DNA from: Dehalococcoidia bacterium | Lineage (GTDB): Bacteria; Chloroflexota; Dehalococcoidia; Lucifugimonadales; DAOUAM01 | Length of the DNA stretch: 64,000 bases | Reading direction: 5' to 3' | Assembly (NCBI GenBank): GCA_034433305.1 | Contig: DAOUAM010000052.1 | Location: 2,210 to 66,209, forward strand | Made by a program: the position numbers and the translations under genes | Notes under the pieces: generated by a model | The model's database searches: none | What the model was told of the DNA's origin: nothing | Seen by the model: the letters and a program-made list of their open reading frames with translations, nothing else | Shown: positions 1 to 11,169 of the stretch, piece by piece | Numbering within the stretch: position 1 is the stretch's first letter | How the letters are laid out: each line of letters starts with the position of its first letter

Positions 1-1798
<1,798 letters not shown>

Positions 1799-1861
1799 AC
1801 ATTAAAGCTCATTTATTCCAGGCCAGGATTCGGTTCGGCTGTAGGCCCAGACCTTGTTCGG

Positions 1862-1936
1862 CGCGGGGTGGAGCAGCGGCAGCTCGTTGGGCTCATAACC
1901 CAAAGGTCGCGGGTTCGAGTCCCGCCCCCGCAACCA
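1862..1936 (+). tRNA. initiator tRNA-fMet (anticodon CAT), CCA encoded
   Basis: CGCGGGGTGGAGCAGCGGCAGCTCGTTGGGCTCATAACCCAAAGGTCGCGGGTTCGAGTCCCGCCCCCGCAACCA. It has a C1xA72 mismatch, three G-C pairs closing the anticodon stem (GGG/CCC) and a CAT anticodon. It is near-identical in design to E. coli tRNA-fMet. Confidence 0.93.
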
Positions 1937-1953
1937 ATTTATATCAGACCATG

Positions 1954-1990
1954 AGGCCCCAAAATCATGATTTTGGGGCCTATTTGTTCC
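1954..1990 (+). terminator. intrinsic terminator 1 after the rRNA-tRNA unit
   Basis: Perfect 28-nt palindrome AGGCCCCAAAATCATGATTTTGGGGCCT (1954-1981), followed by ATTTGTT. Confidence 0.7.
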
Positions 1991-2016
1991 AGAATGGTAC
2001 TTGGAGAGCTAAACGT

Positions 2017-2047
2017 GGCCCCCGGACTACCCGGGGGCCTTTTCGTT
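2017..2047 (+). terminator. intrinsic terminator 2 (tandem)
   Basis: GGCCCCCGG-ACTAC-CCGGGGGCC stem-loop followed by TTTTCGTT. Confidence 0.7.
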
Positions 2048-2446
2048 CCTGCCGCCAGGCCCATCTGTCCGTTGGTGAACGCGCAGTCAGACGAACTCAT
2101 TGCGCCCTGCCGCGTCACACATACCATGCCCTTGCCCTCACCCACGGGCGTTGCTAGCATTAGAATTGGGCCAGGCTGGCTCTGCTATCCGCAGTGGCTG
2201 AATGATGAGATGCTCGATGGGGAAGTCCTTCATGGTGTACTCACGGCCAGCCACTTCTTCCTCACACTTTCCTCACACTCCGGATGCCATAATTCCTTTG
2301 AGGTAGGGTGGCGACGCGCCTCAAGTCCAGGCGCCAGTGTGGAATGTGGAGCCGGATGGGTGGCGAAATCATGTTCCGGGACTGATGAGATGCCGTGTGG
2401 CACCGCCACGGAGGGCGGGCCACGGCCAGAGGCGACGGAGGTTACT

Positions 2447-3058
2447 ATGGCGATACAGACTGCTCCGGTGGAGATTCAGGTGACCTTGAGGAATGTCGAG
2501 GGCGCCGAGCGGGTCAGGGAGTACGTGCTGAAGAAGCTGAGCAAGGGCATCTTCTCGCTGCCCAACCTGCGCGCGGCCCTGGTAGAGGTCTCCTTCGAGC
2601 ACACCAGGCCTGCCGAGAAGCGGTACGTGGTGGAGGTCACCGTGACGGCCAACGGCACGATGCTGCGCGTCGAGGACCGTGGCCCCAATGTCCTGGCCAC
2701 CATAGACAGCGTCCACGACCTGCTGGAGCGCAGGATTCGGGACTGGAAGGGCAAGGTGTACTTCGAGCGCAGGCGCGAGACGGCGGCCTACAAGGAAGAG
2801 GTAGCCCTGCAGGCCACGGCGCTGCCTCCTGAAGACAAGACAGGGCTTATCGTGCGCATGAAGAGCCATGAGCTGAAGCCCATGTTCCCGGAGGACGCCG
2901 TCGAGCAGATGGAGCTACTGGGCCACGACTTCTTCTTCTTCCTCAACGCGGCCACCGGCCAGCACAACGTCGTGTACCGCCGTAAGGCAGGTGGCTACGG
3001 CCTGATCGAGCCTGCCATACCCTCGGTCACTCAGGATGCCAGCGCTCCCGGCGCATAG
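2447..3058 (+). CDS. hpf: ribosome hibernation promoting factor, long form (HPF/RaiA family)
   Basis: MAIQTAPVEIQVTLRNVEG...RYVVEVTVTANGTMLRVEDRG...LERRIRDWKGK, plus a C-terminal dimerisation domain (IVRMKSHELKPMFPEDAVEQMELLGHDFFFFLNAATGQHNVVYRRKAGGYGLIEP). The start is trimmed from track ORF 1967..3058 to the ATG at 2447, which follows GACGGAGG. Confidence 0.88.
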   Translation: MAIQTAPVEIQVTLRNVEGAERVREYVLKKLSKGIFSLPNLRAALVEVSFEHTRPAEKRYVVEVTVTANGTMLRVEDRGPNVLATIDSVHDLLERRIRDWKGKVYFERRRETAAYKEEVALQATALPPEDKTGLIVRMKSHELKPMFPEDAVEQMELLGHDFFFFLNAATGQHNVVYRRKAGGYGLIEPAIPSVTQDASAPGA

Positions 3059-3075
3059 CAGCGCCTGGGACAAAA

Positions 3076-3115
3076 GGCAGAGGCACCGGCATTGCCGGTG
3101 CCTCTGCCTTTCTTT
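3076..3115. terminator. intrinsic terminator between convergent hpf and the NHL gene
   Basis: GGCAGAGGCACCGGC-ATT-GCCGGTGCCTCTGCC followed by TTTCTTT, with CAAAA on the 5' side. Confidence 0.75.
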
Positions 3116-3167
3116 GCTGGTTGCAGGGCCACAGCTCTGACTCCAGCCTTTCCCTGTCAGTCCAGGG

Positions 3168-4214
3168 TCAGAACTGGGTGTAAAGGGACGGAGACCTGAA
3201 GGGAGGCGCTATCTCGTCGGGGCCGAGAGGGTAGGCCTCCTTCCGGTAGACCTGCACCCGGTGGGAGCCGTAGTCCCCCACGTACATACGGCCAGCGCCG
3301 TCCGTCCTCACCGATACGGGCCAGCGCAGGCGCTTCTGCGGCTCGATGGGCGTCATCTCCCGCAGGCGCAGCGCCTTGAGGTTGGTGATCATGTAGTTGT
3401 GCGCCTGCTTCGACAGGGTGGCGTCGCCGATGAACTTCTCCACGAAGCGCCCCTCGCTATTGAAAAGCTGCACCCTGTGGTTGGCCCAGTCGGCCACGTA
3501 GATATCGCCGTCGCGGTCCACGGCCACGCCCGCCGGCCGGTTCAGCCTTCCGTCTTCGCACCCATAGCCGCCCAACTGGAAGACGAAGCGCCCCTCGGCG
3601 TCGAACTTCTGCACCCGGTGGTTGAGCCAGTCAGCCACGTAAACGTCGCCCAGCTCGTCCACGGCGACGCCCCAGGGCATGTTGAACTGGCCCGGCCCAT
3701 CGCCCAGGCCGCCCCAGGCGTGCAGGGACTTGCCCTCCTGGGAGAAGCGCTGGACGCGATGGTTCAGCGTATCGGAGACGTAGAGGCTGCCGTCGGGGGC
3801 AAAGGCCAGCCACGACGGGCGGCGGAGCTGCCCGGGGGCGCTGCCTTCCTCGCCCCACTGGCGGACCACCTCGCCCTGGAGCGTCATGGCCGAGACCTTG
3901 TGGGTCGCCTCGTCCACCGTCCAGAGGTTGCCATCAGGCCCCAGCACCAGGCAGGCTGGCCATCTGAACTCCCCGCCCTTGACCTTGTAGGTGCCGCCGA
4001 CCTGGCCGCCCCCGCCCACCAGGTTGAAGGCGCCTTTGTCCTCGTCTTCCAGGCTCAGGCGCCGGACGAAGGTCACGCCCTCGCCCCGGCACAGTATGTT
4101 CAGGCACCCCTCGGCGTCAATGGCGATGTCCACGGGGGTATTGGTGAGACGCCGCATTCCCAGGGTGCGGTCGTAGGTGAAGCCTACGCGCAGCAGCGCA
4201 TACGGTCTGCCCAT
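3168..4214 (-). CDS. NHL-repeat beta-propeller protein
   Basis: Repeated blades of the type P.GVAVD..G.IYVADW.NHRVQ.F...G.F (YVSDTLNHRVQRF, YVADWLNHRVQKF, YVADWANHRVQLF, YVGDYGSHRVQVY). The start is moved to MGRPYALL (ATG at 4214). The longer track ORF would overlap the DUF1501 gene in another frame. Confidence 0.8.
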   Translation of the reverse strand: MGRPYALLRVGFTYDRTLGMRRLTNTPVDIAIDAEGCLNILCRGEGVTFVRRLSLEDEDKGAFNLVGGGGQVGGTYKVKGGEFRWPACLVLGPDGNLWTVDEATHKVSAMTLQGEVVRQWGEEGSAPGQLRRPSWLAFAPDGSLYVSDTLNHRVQRFSQEGKSLHAWGGLGDGPGQFNMPWGVAVDELGDVYVADWLNHRVQKFDAEGRFVFQLGGYGCEDGRLNRPAGVAVDRDGDIYVADWANHRVQLFNSEGRFVEKFIGDATLSKQAHNYMITNLKALRLREMTPIEPQKRLRWPVSVRTDGAGRMYVGDYGSHRVQVYRKEAYPLGPDEIAPPFRSPSLYTQF

Positions 4215-4236
4215 GACTCCATCTCCAGCAAGCGCG

Positions 4237-5370
4237 TTAGCCGAAAATCCTGACCTGCTCGTAAGTGCCGCCCACAATGGGCCTGGCGTCCAGCCCCAGC
4301 CACTGCTCCAGGAGCGTGGCGTACAGGCCGCGGAAGTCGTAGGTGAAGCGCATGTCGCCGCTGTCGTGCTGGGCCGGGTCCAGGGATGGGTACTCGGCGT
4401 ACAGCCCGCCCCGGACCTTCTCGCCGATGACGAAGGCACCGCCGCCCGCGCCGTGATCGGTGCCGCTGCCGTTGTCCCTGACGCGGCGGCCAAACTCGGT
4501 GAACACCAGCATCACCACGTTGTCCGAGGCGTTGTGGTCGCGCAGGTCCTGGAAGAAGTCCATGATGGCGCCGGAAAGCTCGGACAGCAGCCTTGGATGC
4601 ACAGGCCCCTCGTTGGCGTGGGTGTCGTAGCCGCCGTGCTGCACGTAGAAGATGCGGGTGCCCAGGCCCGCCAGGTGCACCCGGGCCACGTCGCGCAGCC
4701 CCCTGGCGATGGGGTTATCGGCGTACTCCACCTGGGACGAGTACAGGGCCGGCGCCTTCTTGAGGATGTCGGCGCCCCTGAGCACGTCCATGCCCGTCTG
4801 GGCCAGGTAGTCCTTCACGGGGCCGCTGCCTATGGCCGGCCCGTACATGCGCTCGAAGGCGCGGAGGGCCTGCTCCCGCTGCTGCGCGTCCGATATGCCG
4901 GTCATAAGGCCGTAGGTGTCCAGGTCGCCCACGGAGGTCACCGTGACGTTGTAGGCCGAAAGCGCCCGTGGCAGGCCCCTGCCGAAGCTCACCGCCGTCA
5001 GCGGGTCCGTCTTCCTGGGGTCCAGCTCCCGGACGACCTTACCCAGCCATCCCTCCTGGGCGACCCTGTCCGGCTCGCAGGTATGCCAGATGTCCATGCC
5101 CCGGAAGTGGGAGCGGGTGGAGTTGGCGTAGCCTATCCCCTGGACTATGGCGACCTTGCCCTCGTCGTACAGCTCCTTTATGGGCGCGGCGCTGGGATGG
5201 AAGCCCAGCGTGCTGTCAATGGGTAGCACCTGGTCCTGGGGTATGCCCACCACGGGGCGGAAATCATAGTAGAGGCCATTCCCGTAGGGGATGACCGTGT
5301 TCATGAAGTCGTTGCCGCCGGTAAGCTGGACCACCACCAGGACAGGTGCCTTACCGCCGTTCTCTGCCAT
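4237..5370 (-). CDS. DUF1501 domain protein (sulfatase-like fold)
   Basis: Motifs LTGGNDFMNT, STRSHFRGMDIWHT and FTEFGRRVRDNGSGTDHGAGG are typical of DUF1501. No Tat or Sec signal is visible at the N-terminus. Confidence 0.8.
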   Translation of the reverse strand: MAENGGKAPVLVVVQLTGGNDFMNTVIPYGNGLYYDFRPVVGIPQDQVLPIDSTLGFHPSAAPIKELYDEGKVAIVQGIGYANSTRSHFRGMDIWHTCEPDRVAQEGWLGKVVRELDPRKTDPLTAVSFGRGLPRALSAYNVTVTSVGDLDTYGLMTGISDAQQREQALRAFERMYGPAIGSGPVKDYLAQTGMDVLRGADILKKAPALYSSQVEYADNPIARGLRDVARVHLAGLGTRIFYVQHGGYDTHANEGPVHPRLLSELSGAIMDFFQDLRDHNASDNVVMLVFTEFGRRVRDNGSGTDHGAGGGAFVIGEKVRGGLYAEYPSLDPAQHDSGDMRFTYDFRGLYATLLEQWLGLDARPIVGGTYEQVRIFG

Positions 5371-5397
5371 AAGTATTCTTCTCCTTACCTGCCATGC

Positions 5398-6804
5398 CTA
5401 TGCGAACTGGTACTCCAGGGAGGACACGATGAGCTGGAGCATGCTGGCAACCCTGGCCGCGCTGGCCTTGCGCTGCTCCTGGGTGCCCAGGAGCAGGTCG
5501 CCCTGGGCGGAGGCGTGCTCCAGCAGCCCGGCGCGGGTCTCGGCGCTGACCTCCAGGGGGCCTATAAGCTCCAGGCAGCCGTTGACCAGCTCTTCAGGGG
5601 ACAGCGACTGCCTGCCCTGGGCCAGCCTATCCAGTATGGCCTGCACTCCGGGCGTCGTGGGGTCATTGAACTGGTTCACCGCGAAGTTCACCCGCTCGTT
5701 GAGCGTGCCGGCGTCAATCCATTCCGGGCCGGTGTGCCAGCCCTCCACGGTGGGCGGCACCATGAGGTTTTGCCCCATGACGGCGGTGGCGTCGCCCAGG
5801 CTGTCCAGGCCTGGCTCCGGGAACCTGTACCTGCCGGCCAGCTTCACCGTCCCGGCCACCAGCTCCACGGGGCTTTTGACCTTCTTGAAGCGGGCCTGCT
5901 TGAAGAAGTCGGAGTTGAACAGCACCCGCAGCACGGAGCGCATGTCTCCGTCAGACTGGAAGTAGGCGCTCATGAGCGTGTAGATGGCGTCCGGGTCTCG
6001 TGGGGGCACCGTGTTCCAGGCAGGCACCTGCGGCTCGTCGGCCACGAAGAAGTTGTACAGGTGCCGGCAGATGAAGCGGGCCGTAGCCGGCTGACGCACA
6101 ATGATGTCAATGATGTCCTCGCCGTTAAACCGGCCCGTGTGGCCCAGGAAAGACTTGACGCTGTCATCGTGGTCGTCTGGCACGTAAACGAAGGAAGAGG
6201 GGTAGCGCCCGTAGGGGTCCAGGGGCAGCGGCTGGGTGAAGGTCCAGCCGGTGAAGGCGCGGGAGGCCATCTTGATATCGGCCTCGGTGTAATTGCCCAC
6301 GCCCATGGAGAACAACTCCAGCAACTCCCGGCCCCAGTTCTCGTTGGGCTCGCCCTTGTGGTTCTCGTTGTTGTCCAGCCAGTAGATCATGGCCGGGTCC
6401 CTGGCCAGGCCGATGAGGATGTCCCGCAGGTTGCCCAGGGCGTTTTTCCTGAACATCTCCACCTGGGCCACCGAGGAAGGCCCATGCTCGCTCTTGCCCA
6501 CCGAGGTGGCGAAGACGTGGTGCCAGAAGAGGGCCATCTTCTCTTCCAGGGGACGCCGGGTGTTGACCATGCGGTAAATCCAGTGGGCGCGCCAGGCATT
6601 GACCGTATCGGCGTTGTTCAGCTCCAGGTAGTAGCGGCGCAGGAGGTGGTCATCAATGTCCGGGTGGCGCTCCGGGTGCAGCAGGTCTTCTACGATCTCC
6701 TCGTAGGGCCTCGTGGCGTGGGCTTCCAGCTCATCCCTGGTCGCGCCGAAGCCGGCGCGGCGCAGCAGGTGGGCTATGAGGCCAACATCTTCCTTGAGGG
6801 GCAT
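5398..6804 (-). CDS. DUF1800 domain protein
   Basis: HLLRRAGFGATRDELEA near the N-terminus, FWHHVFATS and WLDNNENHKGEPNENWGRELLELFSMG are hallmarks of DUF1800. It forms the canonical pairing with the downstream DUF1501 gene. Confidence 0.8.
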   Translation of the reverse strand: MPLKEDVGLIAHLLRRAGFGATRDELEAHATRPYEEIVEDLLHPERHPDIDDHLLRRYYLELNNADTVNAWRAHWIYRMVNTRRPLEEKMALFWHHVFATSVGKSEHGPSSVAQVEMFRKNALGNLRDILIGLARDPAMIYWLDNNENHKGEPNENWGRELLELFSMGVGNYTEADIKMASRAFTGWTFTQPLPLDPYGRYPSSFVYVPDDHDDSVKSFLGHTGRFNGEDIIDIIVRQPATARFICRHLYNFFVADEPQVPAWNTVPPRDPDAIYTLMSAYFQSDGDMRSVLRVLFNSDFFKQARFKKVKSPVELVAGTVKLAGRYRFPEPGLDSLGDATAVMGQNLMVPPTVEGWHTGPEWIDAGTLNERVNFAVNQFNDPTTPGVQAILDRLAQGRQSLSPEELVNGCLELIGPLEVSAETRAGLLEHASAQGDLLLGTQEQRKASAARVASMLQLIVSSLEYQFA

Positions 6805-7047
6805 CTTTACCTCCCGTCACAGTCAGCCCAGCTTGTCCAGGCTGGGGTAGCAGAGCGATTGTATTATGCGCGTGGTACCGTGTCAATTTGGCATATCGGG
6901 CCAGGCTGCTTGTTGCATCATCGGGACCTCTCCAGGGGCACCGCTGACCAATGCCATAAAGGAGCATTAACACGGCCTTAAACTGCCGCTCAAGAACGGC
7001 GACTAGACTGATGCTTGAGGGGAAGTTACCACAGGAAGGAGGGAGCG

Positions 7048-7323
7048 ATGGTACTGGAGGTGGACTCCTCCAGGCGGCGATGGTGGACAGGTGGCTTGAG
7101 GGCCTTGTTTCTCGCCTTGCTCCGCCGGCTGGCGCAGTGGGCTGGACTGAAGATGTACTGCCCCCGCTGCCAGGCCGGACTGGAGCTGGTGGATGAGCAG
7201 TACCTGGAGTCCTCCACCCCCTTCTTTGTGAGGGGCCTCTGCATCTGGAGGTGCCCGGTGTGCGCTGAGATGGTCAAGCAGCCCTTCGCGTACTTCGAGG
7301 ACATGGGCATCTGGGACCATTGA
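7048..7323 (+). CDS. small hypothetical zinc-ribbon protein (CPRC...CPVC)
   Basis: The ATG at 7048 is preceded by AGGAAGGAGGGAG. The 91-aa product has two CxxC pairs (YCPRCQ, RCPVCA). No family was recognised. Confidence 0.45.
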   Translation: MVLEVDSSRRRWWTGGLRALFLALLRRLAQWAGLKMYCPRCQAGLELVDEQYLESSTPFFVRGLCIWRCPVCAEMVKQPFAYFEDMGIWDH

Positions 7324-7355
7324 CTGCTTGCATCCATATGGCTCTGCTGCTCATC

Positions 7356-7375
7356 TAATATATTATAATATATTA
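7356..7375. promoter_or_regulatory. perfect 20-nt AT palindrome carrying TATAAT on both strands (candidate promoter/operator)
   Basis: TAATATATTATAATATATTA equals its own reverse complement. It is the only pure-AT stretch in this GC-rich neighbourhood and lies 137 nt upstream of arsC. Confidence 0.45.
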
Positions 7376-7406
7376 CTCCAGTCCTCTATGATGATGCCAT
7401 AAGCCC

Positions 7407-7463
7407 GTAGGGGCAACCCTTGTGGTTGTCCAACGCCAGGGCAGGCACAAGGCCTGTCCCTAC
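7407..7463. repeat. REP-like double-hairpin element, copy 1
   Basis: GTAGGGGCAACCCTTGTGGTTGTCCAACGCCAGGGCAGGCACAAGGCCTGTCCCTAC. It is the reverse complement (about 85-90% identical) of the element at 17078-17133. Confidence 0.75.
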
Positions 7464-7512
7464 AGGTGGCCTGCCATTTGTAGCGTTTTCAAACAGGACT
7501 CGGGAGGAAGCA

Positions 7513-7977
7513 ATGATCGGCAGAGTGGCCGAAGCCAGTCAGGCCGGGCCTGTAGATGTGCTCTTCGTTTGCGTACGTAACGCGGGACGCAGCCAGATGG
7601 CGAAGGCCCTGTTCAACGCCCTGGCCGCCCAGCGCGGCCTGCCCTTTCGCGCCGAGTCCGCGGGCACAATGCCAGCCCGGCAGGTACATCCCGAAGTCGT
7701 AGTAGTCATGCGGGAACTGGGGATTGACCTGTCGTCCCAGCGGCCCAGGCTGCTCACCAACGAGATGGTCAGCAACGCTCGCAAGGTTGTGACCATGGGG
7801 TGCGCGGTAGATGCCAGCGCCTGCCCTGCCATGTTTCTCAGGGAAGTGGAGGACTGGGGACTGCCCGACCCAGAAGGCCGCGACATCGAGGAGGTAAGGG
7901 CTATCAGGGATATGGTCAGGCAGAAGGTCGAGGCGCTGATTGGTACACTTGCGCCCGCTAGCTGGAGGTCAGCATGA
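7513..7977 (+). CDS. arsC: arsenate reductase, LMW-PTP (thioredoxin-coupled) type
   Basis: P-loop [19 protein letters not shown] (CX5R), a downstream Cys pair [10 protein letters not shown], and DWGLPDP. The start ATG at 7513 follows GGGAGGAAG. The stop overlaps the acr3 start (ATGA). Confidence 0.85.
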   Translation: MIGRVAEASQAGPVDVLFVCVRNAGRSQMAKALFNALAAQRGLPFRAESAGTMPARQVHPEVVVVMRELGIDLSSQRPRLLTNEMVSNARKVVTMGCAVDASACPAMFLREVEDWGLPDPEGRDIEEVRAIRDMVRQKVEALIGTLAPASWRSA

Positions 7978-9089
7978 AGGCAGAGGTATGCACCACATCA
8001 TCACGAGTTGGCCTGCGCCGGCTCTCGCTGCTGGACCGGTCCCTCACCCTCTGGATATTCCTGGCCATGGCGCTGGGCGTCGGCCTGGGCCACTTCTGGC
8101 CCCAGGTGTCCAGTGTGACCAGTTCTCTAAGCGTGGGCACCACGTCCCTGCCTATCGCGGCCGGCCTCATCCTGATGATGTACCCGCCGCTGGCCAAGGT
8201 ACGGTACGAGGATATGGGCCGCGTCTTCCGCAACTGGCGCATCCTGGGCCTGTCCCTGCTGCAGAACTGGCTCATCGGCCCGGTGCTGATGTTCCTGCTG
8301 GCCATCATCTTCCTGCGGGCCTACCCCGAGTATATGGTGGGCCTCATCATGATTGGCCTGGCCCGCTGCATCGCCATGGTCATAGTCTGGAACGAGCTGG
8401 CCAGGGGCGATAGCGAGTACGCCGCCGGGCTGGTGGCCCTCAACTCGGTCTTTCAAATCCTCTTCTACTCGCTGTACGCCTACGTCTTCATCACCGTGCT
8501 TCCCACCTGGTTCGGCCTGGAAGGTGCGGCTGTGGAAATTACCATCGGGCAGATAGCCCAGAGCGTGGCCATCTACCTGGGCATACCCTTCGTGGGCGGC
8601 ATGCTGACCCGCTTTGTGCTGCTGAGGCTGAAGGGCCGGCCGTGGTACGAGCGGCGGTTCATTCCCAGGATAAGCCCCATGACCCTGGTGGCGCTGCTGT
8701 TCACCATCGTGGTCATGTTCTCCCTCAAGGGCGAGGTGATTGTCCAGCTCCCGCTGGACGTGGTAAGAGTCGCCGTGCCCCTGCTCCTGTACTTCGTCCT
8801 GATGTTCCTGGTGTCCTTCTACATGGGCAAGCGGGTGGGAGCGGACTACTCCAGGAGCGCCACGGTAGCCTTCACCGCTGCCAGCAACAACTTCGAGCTG
8901 GCCATAGCGGTGGCGGTGGCCGTGTTCGGGATAGGCTCGGGGCAGGCCTTTGCCGCGGTCATAGGCCCGCTGGTGGAGGTCCCCGTGCTTATCGGCCTGG
9001 TGAACGTGTCCCTCTGGCTGGGGCGCAGGATATTCAAGGCAGGCCCCATGGACGCGGGAGCATCGGAGGCCGGCCCCGTACCTCTCTGA
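7974..9089 (+). CDS. acr3: arsenite efflux transporter, ACR3 family
   Basis: A roughly 10-TM protein with [13 protein letters not shown] and [13 protein letters not shown] motifs typical of Acr3/ArsB(ACR3). It is translationally coupled to arsC. Confidence 0.85.
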   Translation: MKAEVCTTSSRVGLRRLSLLDRSLTLWIFLAMALGVGLGHFWPQVSSVTSSLSVGTTSLPIAAGLILMMYPPLAKVRYEDMGRVFRNWRILGLSLLQNWLIGPVLMFLLAIIFLRAYPEYMVGLIMIGLARCIAMVIVWNELARGDSEYAAGLVALNSVFQILFYSLYAYVFITVLPTWFGLEGAAVEITIGQIAQSVAIYLGIPFVGGMLTRFVLLRLKGRPWYERRFIPRISPMTLVALLFTIVVMFSLKGEVIVQLPLDVVRVAVPLLLYFVLMFLVSFYMGKRVGADYSRSATVAFTAASNNFELAIAVAVAVFGIGSGQAFAAVIGPLVEVPVLIGLVNVSLWLGRRIFKAGPMDAGASEAGPVPL

Positions 9090-9110
9090 AGGCGGCCAGA
9101 GACAGCGGCC

Positions 9111-10205
9111 TCACGGCTCCCATACCGTCGCGGCGATGTAGCGCTCGCCATCGGGGCTGTCGTTGAAGTAGTAGATGGTGACCAGCTTGCCGTCGGGCCG
9201 CTGGACGGTGCGGGTGTAGCCCAGGTCGTGGCAGCCGCCGTCGGCGCGCAGGACTACCTCGTTCCCCCAGTACTGGCCGCTGTCCCTGCTGAAGACGGCG
9301 CGGATGCTGTAGGGCGCATCCCGAAAGCCGTAGGTGATGCACAGGCGGCCATCGCGCAGGCGCAGCATGGCCGGCGGGTTGCCGCCGGCGCCCGTGTCCA
9401 GCACGGGCATGTCCACGTAGCGCCACTTCTGGCCGCCATCGTCGGAGGCCCATAGCTCGATCCAGTTGTGCTCGTTGCCGGCGCTGCGCTCGCCCAGGCG
9501 GCGACGGATGGCCGTCAGGATGCGGCCTTCCGGCAGCCGGACGCTGGAGGGCATTATGGCGAAGCCTGGCGGCTCCTCCTCGCCGACCCAGCCGACAAAC
9601 TGGAAGGTCTTGCCGCCGTCGCAGGTGCGGGCGCACAGAATGCGGCCCTCGCCGCCATTGGGCTTGGTGACCGTCAGGAACAGCAGGCACTCCCTGGGGC
9701 CGTCCACCAGGTAGTCGGTGCGGGCGGCGACGCCAGACTGCCCGAAGTCCGGGAGCCTGTAAGGCCCCTGCCAGCTATTGCAGCGGTCATGGGACACGTA
9801 GAACCAGGAGCGAGCGCCAGCTCTCAGGCCGGAGCGGGCGCACATGAGGGCGAAGTCCGGGTGGGTGAAGTCCAGGCCGCCGGGGCAGTCCAGCAGCGTG
9901 CTCTCCAGGTCGTCCGCCTGGCCGACGCCCATCTCGGGGCGCATGTGCTCGTCGGCGGACAGGCCGCGGCCGCCGGGCGCCTTGCCGGGGAAAGGCCCCA
10001 CCCGCCAGGTCTCGCCGCCGTCGAGGCTGCGGGCCTGCATGGTGACGAAAGGCTTGCTGGTGTCGCGGGCATGGAAGCCGCCGGCCGAGCTATGGTAGCC
10101 CACTGTGAAGCCGACGACTATCTCGTTGCCCCAGGCCCAGATGCCGTAGTTGGCGGGCCAGCCGGCGTAGCGGCCCGGCTCACGGAATACTGTTATGTGT
10201 TCCAC
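9111..10205 (-). CDS. BNR/Asp-box repeat, sialidase-fold protein
   Basis: Four Asp-box motifs (SLDGGETW, TCDGGKTF, SDDGGQKW, SRDSGQYW). No signal peptide. The start overlaps the upstream dehydrogenase gene by 13 nt. Confidence 0.65.
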   Translation of the reverse strand: MEHITVFREPGRYAGWPANYGIWAWGNEIVVGFTVGYHSSAGGFHARDTSKPFVTMQARSLDGGETWRVGPFPGKAPGGRGLSADEHMRPEMGVGQADDLESTLLDCPGGLDFTHPDFALMCARSGLRAGARSWFYVSHDRCNSWQGPYRLPDFGQSGVAARTDYLVDGPRECLLFLTVTKPNGGEGRILCARTCDGGKTFQFVGWVGEEEPPGFAIMPSSVRLPEGRILTAIRRRLGERSAGNEHNWIELWASDDGGQKWRYVDMPVLDTGAGGNPPAMLRLRDGRLCITYGFRDAPYSIRAVFSRDSGQYWGNEVVLRADGGCHDLGYTRTVQRPDGKLVTIYYFNDSPDGERYIAATVWEP

Positions 10206-11158
10206 AGGTTCACCACGTTGGGCGGGACGCCGGTCTTCTGGTACTGGCAGATAGTCCTGACCGTCTCCCTGGCGATGGCGTCATGGGCCTCCTGTGTGGC
10301 GCCGCCTATGTGGTGGGTGCCGATGACGCCCTCCAGCCTGAACAGGCTGTTGTCCACCGCGCCCGTGCCGGCGGCAGGCTCGCCCTCGAAGACGTCCAGG
10401 CCCACGCGCAGGCCCTTCTCCCGCACGTAGCGGGCCAGCGCCTGCTCGTCCACCACCTCGGCGCGGGAGGTGTTGATGAGGATGGCGCCGGGCCGCATGG
10501 CCCTGAAGAACTCCTCGCCCACCAGGTGCCTGGTGTCCCCTGTCAGGGCCACGTGGACGCTGACCACGTCGGAGCCAGCGGCTACCTCCAGGGGCGAAGG
10601 TTTCATCTCCAGGCCCAGCTCATGGGCGCGCTGGCGGGTGAGGGAGCGGCTCCAGGCGACCACCGGCATGCCGAAGGCCCGGGCGCGCGGGACCATGGCC
10701 TGCCCGATGCTGCCCATGCCGATGAGGCCCAGGGTGCGGCCATACAGCCCCCTGGCCTTGCTGTAGGCGTCCTTGTTCCAGCGGCCCTGGCGCAGGTCCA
10801 GCACGTTATCGGGGATATGCCTGTCCAGGGCGATGATGAGGCCGAAAGCCAACTCCGCGACGGCATTGGCGTTCTTGCCAGGGCAGTTGGCGACGTAGAT
10901 GCCGCACCGGGTGGCCGTTTCGACGTCAATGGTGTTGTAGCCAGCGCCGGCCCTGATGACCAGGCGCAGCCCGCCGGCCGTGAGCATCTCGGCGGTGACC
11001 GGCGTGCTCCGGACAACCAGTACCTCGGCGCCCGTCTCGGCGATGGCCTGGCGCAGCGCCTCGCCCTTCAGCCCGGGGCGGCACACGGCCTTGATGCCCT
11101 CCCTGGCAAGCTCCGCCGGCACGAAGTCCGGCAGCCTGTCGGCAATGAGCACCTTCAT
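10193..11158 (-). CDS. D-isomer-specific 2-hydroxyacid dehydrogenase (PGDH-like, no ACT domain)
   Basis: NAD-binding GLIGMGSIGQAM, NTSRAEVVDEQAL, and catalytic-region HIGGAT. Confidence 0.8.
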   Translation of the reverse strand: MKVLIADRLPDFVPAELAREGIKAVCRPGLKGEALRQAIAETGAEVLVVRSTPVTAEMLTAGGLRLVIRAGAGYNTIDVETATRCGIYVANCPGKNANAVAELAFGLIIALDRHIPDNVLDLRQGRWNKDAYSKARGLYGRTLGLIGMGSIGQAMVPRARAFGMPVVAWSRSLTRQRAHELGLEMKPSPLEVAAGSDVVSVHVALTGDTRHLVGEEFFRAMRPGAILINTSRAEVVDEQALARYVREKGLRVGLDVFEGEPAAGTGAVDNSLFRLEGVIGTHHIGGATQEAHDAIARETVRTICQYQKTGVPPNVVNLWNT

Positions 11159-11169
11159 GGTCTGCCCCG

